Part shown: one piece after another, positions 57,629 to 64,000 of the stretch
Layout: every line of letters starts with the position of its first letter
How positions within the stretch are numbered: the stretch's first letter is position 1
Source: an uncultured Pseudoclavibacter sp.
Lineage (GTDB): Bacteria; Actinomycetota; Actinomycetes; Actinomycetales; Microbacteriaceae
Direction of reading: 5' to 3'
Length of the DNA stretch: 64,000 nucleotides
Assembly (NCBI GenBank): GCA_946221025.1
Contig: CAMIMS010000003.1
Coordinates: forward strand, 2,512 to 66,511
Notes under the pieces: model-generated
Seen by the model: only the letters and a program-made list of their open reading frames with translations
Database searches by the model: none
Told to the model about the DNA's origin: nothing
Position numbers and translations under genes: made by a program

Positions 57629-58690
57629 TCAGCGGTCGTTCGTCGTCCCTCGGGCTCGGGATGCGTGCGCCCACGCCGCGAGCTCCCGATTCATCCGTCG
57701 CGCCCAGAGCGGGCCGCGGTACACGAATCCGGTATACCCCTGGACCAGCGTCGCCCCCGCTTCTACGCGCGCGATCACGTCACGAGCGGTTTCAACGCCG
57801 CCCACTGAAATCACCACGGCATCCTCGGGCAACCGGGCGCGCAGACGGTGAAGCACCTCGATCGATCGCTCTTTCAAAACCGGCCCAGAAAGCCCGCCTT
57901 CGCCGTAGGCTTCCACGATGCGCTTGGGCGTGCGAAGGCCCTCCCGACCCATGGTGGTATTGGTGGCGACGACGCCCGCGATGCCGCATTTCGCCACGAG
58001 ATCGGCGATCTCATCCACCTCCTCATCGAGCATGTCCGGCGAAATCTTGACCAGCAGCGGAACTCCCGGCGCCGCCTCCTGGGTGGCGCGAATGATCGGC
58101 TCCAACGACCGGGATCGCTGGAGTTCCCGAAGACCCGGGGTATTCGGGGATGAGACATTGATCACGAAGTATTCGGCGACGTCTTTCAATCCCCGCGCCG
58201 CCAACTCGTAGTCCCGCACCGCGTCGGCGGCGCCGGTATCCCGGTTCTTTCCGATATTGACGCCGATAACGATGCGGCTGGTCGTGACCGAACGAAGGTT
58301 CGTGCGCACCGCATCGGGGCCGGGGCTGTTGAATCCGAGGCGGTTGATCAGGGCACGATCCGCGGGAAGTCGATACAGCCGCGGGCGGGGGTTGCCCGAC
58401 TGGGGCCTCGGAGTGACGGTGCCGACCTCGACGAACCCGAAGCCGAGGGCTTCCAGACCGTCGACCAGCACACCCTCTTTGTCGAAGCCTGCCGCGATAC
58501 CGAACGGCGACGGGAATTCCATGCCGAGCGCACGCGTGGTCAAGATCGGGTCGGGGCGGCAGAAGCGGTACACGATTGATGCGATCCCGGGCCGACCGGC
58601 GGCACGGATGAGGCGAGATCCGATCACGTGGGCGCGCTCAGGATCGAGTCGCGTCAGCACTCGGCGAAACAGCACGTCGTACAGGCTCAT
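57629..58690 (-). CDS. pyrD: quinone-dependent dihydroorotate dehydrogenase (class 2)
   Basis: [10 protein letters not shown]...[11 protein letters not shown]...[11 protein letters not shown] motifs. Confidence 0.93.
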   Translation of the reverse strand: MSLYDVLFRRVLTRLDPERAHVIGSRLIRAAGRPGIASIVYRFCRPDPILTTRALGMEFPSPFGIAAGFDKEGVLVDGLEALGFGFVEVGTVTPRPQSGNPRPRLYRLPADRALINRLGFNSPGPDAVRTNLRSVTTSRIVIGVNIGKNRDTGAADAVRDYELAARGLKDVAEYFVINVSSPNTPGLRELQRSRSLEPIIRATQEAAPGVPLLVKISPDMLDEEVDEIADLVAKCGIAGVVATNTTMGREGLRTPKRIVEAYGEGGLSGPVLKERSIEVLHRLRARLPEDAVVISVGGVETARDVIARVEAGATLVQGYTGFVYRGPLWARRMNRELAAWAHASRARGTTNDR

Positions 58691-59175
58691 CTGTCCCCCA
58701 CTTCCACGCTGCCGGAAATGCCGGCGCTTCGCTGCTCATCGCGCATCCGGTCAATCGCGGATGCGAAGTCTTCGAGGGATGCGAACCCCTGGTAGACGCT
58801 CGCGAACCTGAGGTACGCGACATCGTCGAGCTCGCGCAGGGGTGGGAGGATCGCGAGGCCGATGTCGTTCGTTTCGATCTGCGAGGCACCGGACTGCCGA
58901 ATGGTCTCTTCGACCCGCTGCGCGAGCAGCGCGAGATCGGAGTCGGTCACCGGCCGGCCCTGGCAGGCTTTTCGCACTCCGGCAACGACTTTGTCGCGCG
59001 AGAACGGTTCGACGACCCCGCTGCGTTTGACGACGGTCAGGCTCGCGGTTTCGACGGTTGAAAACCGGCGTCCACAGTTCGGGCACTGGCGACGGCGGCG
59101 AATAGATGTGCCGTCGTCGCTCGTGCGCGAATCCACGACTCGGGAATCATCGTGTCGGCAAAAGGGGCAGTGCAT
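58687..59175 (-). CDS. nrdR: transcriptional repressor NrdR
   Basis: [17 protein letters not shown]...[10 protein letters not shown] zinc ribbon plus ATP-cone; start MHCPF. Confidence 0.92.
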   Translation of the reverse strand: MHCPFCRHDDSRVVDSRTSDDGTSIRRRRQCPNCGRRFSTVETASLTVVKRSGVVEPFSRDKVVAGVRKACQGRPVTDSDLALLAQRVEETIRQSGASQIETNDIGLAILPPLRELDDVAYLRFASVYQGFASLEDFASAIDRMRDEQRSAGISGSVEVGDR

Positions 59176-60497
59176 TAGGCACCATCCGTGAATCGGGCGC
59201 GAACGCAATCGCCGTGCGCGGGAAGATCCTCGGCGCCCGCCAGGGCAACGACGTGGTCCGCCGCTTCCGCGAGGGCCTGGCGGTCATATTCAATGATCTG
59301 CTGCGCGCGAAGGAACGTGTGCGCGCCGAGCCCCGCGGTGTGACCGGCCTGCCCGCCGGTCGGCAGCACGTGATTCGAGCCGGCCAGGTAATCGCCCAGG
59401 GGAACCGGCGAGTTCGCGCCGACGAAGATCGCGCCCGCGGACGTGATGTCACTGAGCGTTGCGGTGTCGTCGATCGTTTGAATCTCAAGATGCTCCGGCG
59501 CGTAGGCATTGCTCACCCGCGCCGCCTGCGCGAGATCATCGACGAGCACGACCGCCGATTGGGTGCCGGTCAGCGCCGTGGTTGCCCGTTCACGGTGCTT
59601 CGTGGAGGAGACGAGTCGCGTGAGTGTCGCTGTCACCTCGTGCGCGAAATCGACATCCGGGGTCACGAGCAGGGATGCGGCCATCTCGTCGTGCTCCGCC
59701 TGCGAGAGGAGGTCGCTGGCAACGAGTTCGGCATCGGCGGTCGCATCGGCGATCACGAGAATCTCGGTTGGCCCGGCCTCCGCGTCGATGCCGACAATGG
59801 AGCTCACCGCGCGCTTCGCGGCAGCCACCCAGACATTGCCTGGACCGGTAATGAGGTTCACCGGTCGAAGCCCGATCTCCTCCACACCGTAGGCGAGCGC
59901 GCCAATGGCACCCGCTCCCCCGATCGCGTAGATCTCCGTGACGCCGAGCAGCGCGCACGCCGCGAGGATCGTCGGGTGCACGCCGCCCCCGGCGGACGCC
60001 TGGGGTGGCGAAACGATCACGAGTTCGTTCACACCGGCCGTTTGCGCGGCGACCGCGTTCATGACGACGCTCGACGGGTAGACGGCTTTGCCGCCTGGAA
60101 CGTAGAGCCCCACTCGATCAACGGGCTGCCATCGCTGCGTGATGACCGCGCCGGGTGCGATCTCGGTTCGCGTGGACGGGGGCACCTGCGCCTGCGAGGC
60201 GGCACGCACGCGACGAATCATTTCTTCGAGACCGGCTCGCACCGTCGCATCGAGACTCGAGACAGCCCGCTCGAGCTCATCGGGCTGCACGCGAAACTCG
60301 GCCGGTGCACCGCCGTCGAAGCGCTCGGCCTGTTCGCGAAGGGCCTCCTCTCCCCGCTCGCGCACCGCATTCACGAGGTCGCTTGCTGCCGCCGATGCCG
60401 CGGCGACATCCACGGCGGGCCGTGGCAGCGTGGCGCGCAGTTCAGCGTCGGACAGATCGCGTTCGCGAAGATCGAGGGTGCGCAGCATGATGCTCAA
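59175..60497 (-). CDS. hisD: histidinol dehydrogenase
   Basis: 440 aa; [22 protein letters not shown] are HisD motifs. Confidence 0.92.
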   Translation of the reverse strand: MSIMLRTLDLRERDLSDAELRATLPRPAVDVAAASAAASDLVNAVRERGEEALREQAERFDGGAPAEFRVQPDELERAVSSLDATVRAGLEEMIRRVRAASQAQVPPSTRTEIAPGAVITQRWQPVDRVGLYVPGGKAVYPSSVVMNAVAAQTAGVNELVIVSPPQASAGGGVHPTILAACALLGVTEIYAIGGAGAIGALAYGVEEIGLRPVNLITGPGNVWVAAAKRAVSSIVGIDAEAGPTEILVIADATADAELVASDLLSQAEHDEMAASLLVTPDVDFAHEVTATLTRLVSSTKHRERATTALTGTQSAVVLVDDLAQAARVSNAYAPEHLEIQTIDDTATLSDITSAGAIFVGANSPVPLGDYLAGSNHVLPTGGQAGHTAGLGAHTFLRAQQIIEYDRQALAEAADHVVALAGAEDLPAHGDCVRARFTDGA

Positions 60498-60551
60498 TCG
60501 TATCGGCGCGCGGTCGCATCCGCCCCGCCGACAAGTCCCCCGAAGAGTGCC

Positions 60552-63500
60552 CTACCCGAAGCAACCCGGGCCGAGCAGCGCCTTCAACTCGCCGTACATC
60601 CCCGCTGAGACACCCACGCGATGCGGAAGCGCGAAGCGGCGCAGGCTCGTTGCGGCCTGAACGGTGATCGTCACTTCGGATTCGCCAGGGTGCCGCTTCA
60701 GGGTCGCATCCAGGTCGCGGGCAAGCGACTCGGTCGCGCGCCGATCGGGAACGATGAGGTTCAGTGCGCGCGGCTCGTCGCCGGTTGACAGCGACGGAAT
60801 CTTCAACCCCTGCGCGTGAATGTTCTTTCCGTCATCGCGCAGCGACACCCGCCCGCGAATGGCGGCGATCGTGTCGGCGACGAGGTCGCGCTGGTGTTCC
60901 TGGTACACCTTGCCCATGAACATGATCGTCATCTCGCCGCCGAAGTCTTCGAGCGTGACGATCCCGTAGGGGTTGCCCGAGTTCTTCGCGACCCGGTGCT
61001 GCACGCTCGTGATGAGACCGGCGATCGTGACCTGATCGCCATCCTGTGCGGTCTCGGATTCGATGAGATCGAGAATGCCGGTGGTGGCGAGTTTCGCCAG
61101 TTCGAGTTCAAGCCCGGCGAGCGGATGGTCGGAGACGTAGAGCCCGAGCATGTCGCGCTCAAAGGCGAGCTTGTCGCGCCGCGCGTACTCGGGGCGCTCG
61201 GGCACCGAAGGCGCTGCCTCTTCAAGATCCATGAGGCCCGCGAAGAGGTCGACCTGGCCGTGCGCTTCGTTGCGCTTTCGCGAGATGACTTCGTCGATCG
61301 CCTGCTCGTGCACATCCACGAGCGCACGCCGGGTGTCGCCGAGTGAATCGAATGCGCCCGCTTTGATGAGCGATTCGATGGTGCGCTTGTTCGTGACCCC
61401 GAGCGGGACCTTCTCGAGGAAGTCGTGGAACGACGTGAAGTCCCCCTGCGATTCGCGCGCTTCCTTGATTTGCTCGACCACCTGCGCACCGACGTTTCGC
61501 ACCGCGGCCATGCCGAATCGAATATCGTCGCCGACTGCCGTGAAGTTCACATCGGATGCGTTCACATCCGGCGGAAGCACCCGAATGCCCATTCGCCGGC
61601 ATTCATTGAGGTAGATGCCCAGCTTGTCTTTCGCGTCACCCACCGACGTGAGGAGTGCCGCCATGTATTCGGCCGGGTAGTGCGCTTTGAGGTAGGCCGT
61701 CCAGTATGAGACCACCCCGTAGGCCGCCGAGTGGGCCTTATTGAACGCGTAATCCGAGAACGGCAGCAGGATGTTCCAAAGCGTGTTGACCGCTTCATCG
61801 GAGTATCCGCGCTCACGCATGCCCTCGGAGAACCCCACGAACTGCTTATCGAGTTCCGCCTTCTTTTTCTTGCCCATGGCGCGACGGAGAATGTCCGCCT
61901 GGCCGAGCGAGTACCCCGCCACGCGCTGGGCGATCGACATGACCTGCTCTTGGTAGATGATGAGACCGTAGGTCCCCTCGAGAATGTCTCGCAGTGGCTC
62001 TTCGAGTTCGCGGTGGATGGGCGTGATCGCCTGCTGCCCGTTCTTTCGTAGGGCGTAATTCGTGTGCGAATTCGCACCCATTGGTCCGGGGCGGTACAGC
62101 GCGAGCACAGCCGAAATGTCTTCGAAGTTATCCGGCTTCATCAGGCGCAAAAGGCCACGCATCGGACCGCCGTCCAACTGGAAGACGCCGAGGGTGTCAC
62201 CGCGCGCAAGCAGTTCATACGACGCTGCGTCATCGAGCGCGAGGTCTTCGAGAACGAGCTCGAAATCGCGGTTTTGCCGAATGTTCTCGAGCGCATCCGA
62301 GATGATCGTGAGGTTTCGAAGCCCCAGGAAGTCCATCTTGATGAGGCCGAGGGATTCGCAGGCCGGGTAGTCGAATTGCGTGACGACCTGCCCATCCTGC
62401 TCGCGCTTCATGATCGGGATGATGTCGATGAGCGGATCGCTCGACATGATGACGCCGGCGGCGTGCACGCCCCACTGTCTCTTGAGGTTTTCAACGCCGC
62501 GCGCGGTGTCGAAGACCTTCTTCGCGTCCTGGTCGGTCTCGATGACCTCGCGCAGCTCCCCCGCTTCGTTGTAGCGCGGATGCTCGGGATCGAATACGCC
62601 AGAGAGCGGAATGTCTTTGCCCATGACCGCCGGCGGCATGGCCTTGGTGAGCCGCTCCCCCATGGAGAACGGGTATCCGAGCACGCGGGATGCGTCTTTC
62701 AGCGCCTGCTTTGCCTTGATGGTTCCATAGGTCACGATCTGGGCGACGCGTTCGGAGCCGTACTTCTCGGTGACGTATTTGATGACTTCACCGCGGCGGC
62801 GATCGTCAAAGTCGACATCGAAGTCGGGCATGGAAACGCGATCCGGATTCAGGAATCGCTCGAAGATCAGACCATGCTCAAGCGGATCGAGATCGGTAAT
62901 GCGCATCGCGTACGCCGCCATTGACCCCGCACCGGAACCGCGCCCGGGGCCGACGCGAATGCCGTTGTCTTTGGACCAGTTGATGAAGTCGGCAACCACG
63001 AGAAAGTACCCGGGGAACCCCATCTTGGTGATGACGTCAATCTCGTATTCGGCCTGCTGGCGCACTTTCTCGGGCACCCCGTTGGGGTAGCGCAGATCGA
63101 GGCCGCGCTCAACCTCTTTCACGAACCACGTCGCTTCGGTCTCACCCTCGGGAACCGGGAATCGCGGCATGTAGTTCGCGGACTCGTCGAATTCGGCGTT
63201 GCAGCGCTCGGCAACCAGCAGCGTGTTGTCGCAGGCTTCGGGGTGCTCGCGGAACATCGCGCGCATTTCCGCGGCGGTTTTCAGGTAATACCCGCCACCC
63301 TCCAGCTGGAAGCGGTTCGGGTCATCCATCGTGGAACCGGACTGCACGCACAGCAGCGCCGCGTGCGATTCGGCGTCGTGCGCGTGCGTGTAGTGCAGAT
63401 CGTTGGTCGCCAGAAGCGGAAGGTTCAGTTCCTTCGCGAGTCGAAGAAGGTCCGCCCGCACGCGTCGCTCAATGTCCAGTCCGTGGTCCATGAGCTCGCA

Positions 63501-64000
63501 GAAGAAATTCTCGGGGCCGAAGATGTCGCGGAACTCGGCGGCCGCCTCCAGCGCTCGGTCGTACTGCCCGAGGCGCAGGCGCGTTTGAATCTCCCCCGAC
63601 GGGCATCCCGTCGTGGCAATGAGGCCGGGGGCATATTCCTGAAGCAGTTCCCGGTCCATCCGCGGCTTGAAGTAGTAGCCCTCCAGCGACGCGCGACTCG
63701 AGAGGCGGAACAGGTTGTGCATCCCCTCGGTCGTTTCCGCGAGAAGCGTCATATGCGTATACGCGCCACCACCGGAAACGTCATCACGACCGCCATCGCC
63801 CCACTGCACCCGACTGCGGTCGCTGCGATGCGTGCCCGGGGTCAGGTACGCCTCGGTTCCGATGATCGGCTTGATGCCGTATTTGTTGGCCGCTTTAGCG
63901 AACTCATACGCACCGAACACATTGCCGTGGTCGGTGCAGGCGATGGCGGGCATGCCCTGCTCGCTCGCGGCCTGCATGAGTTCATCAATGCGCGCCGCGC
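60552..64000 (-). CDS. dnaE: DNA polymerase III alpha subunit DnaE1 (partial; N-terminal part of PHP domain lies beyond the window end)
   Basis: PHP domain, polymerase core, OB fold; ORF open to the window edge. Confidence 0.93.
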   Translation of the reverse strand, partial: AARIDELMQAASEQGMPAIACTDHGNVFGAYEFAKAANKYGIKPIIGTEAYLTPGTHRSDRSRVQWGDGGRDDVSGGGAYTHMTLLAETTEGMHNLFRLSSRASLEGYYFKPRMDRELLQEYAPGLIATTGCPSGEIQTRLRLGQYDRALEAAAEFRDIFGPENFFCELMDHGLDIERRVRADLLRLAKELNLPLLATNDLHYTHAHDAESHAALLCVQSGSTMDDPNRFQLEGGGYYLKTAAEMRAMFREHPEACDNTLLVAERCNAEFDESANYMPRFPVPEGETEATWFVKEVERGLDLRYPNGVPEKVRQQAEYEIDVITKMGFPGYFLVVADFINWSKDNGIRVGPGRGSGAGSMAAYAMRITDLDPLEHGLIFERFLNPDRVSMPDFDVDFDDRRRGEVIKYVTEKYGSERVAQIVTYGTIKAKQALKDASRVLGYPFSMGERLTKAMPPAVMGKDIPLSGVFDPEHPRYNEAGELREVIETDQDAKKVFDTARGVENLKRQWGVHAAGVIMSSDPLIDIIPIMKREQDGQVVTQFDYPACESLGLIKMDFLGLRNLTIISDALENIRQNRDFELVLEDLALDDAASYELLARGDTLGVFQLDGGPMRGLLRLMKPDNFEDISAVLALYRPGPMGANSHTNYALRKNGQQAITPIHRELEEPLRDILEGTYGLIIYQEQVMSIAQRVAGYSLGQADILRRAMGKKKKAELDKQFVGFSEGMRERGYSDEAVNTLWNILLPFSDYAFNKAHSAAYGVVSYWTAYLKAHYPAEYMAALLTSVGDAKDKLGIYLNECRRMGIRVLPPDVNASDVNFTAVGDDIRFGMAAVRNVGAQVVEQIKEARESQGDFTSFHDFLEKVPLGVTNKRTIESLIKAGAFDSLGDTRRALVDVHEQAIDEVISRKRNEAHGQVDLFAGLMDLEEAAPSVPERPEYARRDKLAFERDMLGLYVSDHPLAGLELELAKLATTGILDLIESETAQDGDQVTIAGLITSVQHRVAKNSGNPYGIVTLEDFGGEMTIMFMGKVYQEHQRDLVADTIAAIRGRVSLRDDGKNIHAQGLKIPSLSTGDEPRALNLIVPDRRATESLARDLDATLKRHPGESEVTITVQAATSLRRFALPHRVGVSAGMYGELKALLGPGCFG

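Noticed and set aside
60498-60551. Searched hisD upstream spacer for an NrdR box
   Set aside because: No acaCwAtATaTwGtgt-like palindrome visible by eye; needs PSSM scan
59106-60608. 500-aa ORF on the + strand
   Set aside because: Antisense to hisD
1-64000. Checked for CRISPR arrays, IS elements/transposases, integrases, prophage genes and toxin-antitoxin pairs
   Set aside because: No repeat-spacer arrays, no DDE transposase/recombinase-like ORFs and no phage structural genes seen; the window is core chromosome

Overview
This window is high-GC actinobacterial chromosome. mshC (mycothiol), rbpA, pafBC, the qcrCAB-ctaE and ctaCDF respiratory operons and Corynebacteriales-like synteny all point to Actinomycetota, probably Micrococcales. 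It is densely packed with conserved housekeeping genes, roughly 60 CDS and one tRNA. From start to end these are: glycogen genes glgC/glgA (divergent); an orphan ABC ATPase; rpmE2; treS translationally coupled to a DEDDh exonuclease; an alpha/beta hydrolase coupled to a GT4 glycosyltransferase; a TrmH-family methyltransferase; an acyl-CoA dehydrogenase; an SF2 helicase; DedA; tRNA-Leu(GAG); an M20 peptidase; uppP and mshC; a divergent NmrA/HxlR pair; then a remnant of the Pup-proteasome neighbourhood (PAC2-like Rv2125 homolog, trmI, two FKBP lipoproteins, pafB, pafC, tatA, tatC, helY) followed directly by lnt and convergent rbpA. Next comes a block of small or accessory genes: SDR, SRPBCC, a 63-aa 2-TM peptide, a zinc-ribbon protein, selO, DUF808, a Ca2+/H+ antiporter, a DinB-like mycothiol-type protein, an NTF2-like protein, a GlsB-family protein and an orphan HPr. 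After that: glpF-glpK, trpD, ctaE-qcrCAB, an AlkZ/YcaQ-like glycosylase, ctaC-ctaD-ctaF, erpA, an M20 dipeptidase, DUF3043, and pyrD-nrdR-hisD with the 3' part of dnaE1 running off the window end. There is no CRISPR, transposase or prophage signal. The items most worth a second look are (i) the proteasome locus lacking arc/dop/pup/prcBA/pafA while PAC2 and pafBC are kept, (ii) an AT-rich double palindrome (Fur/Zur-like half-sites) in a locally low-GC islet next to a zinc-ribbon gene, (iii) an orphan HPr divergent from glpFK with a perfect inverted repeat between them, (iv) several ATGA/TAATG-coupled gene pairs that are not obviously related in function (treS-exonuclease, hydrolase-GT4, hisD-nrdR-pyrD, helY-lnt), and (v) a cluster of hairpins plus an 18-bp tandem repeat between glpK and trpD. 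Many long ORFs in the supplied track are antisense GC-frame artefacts and were rejected.
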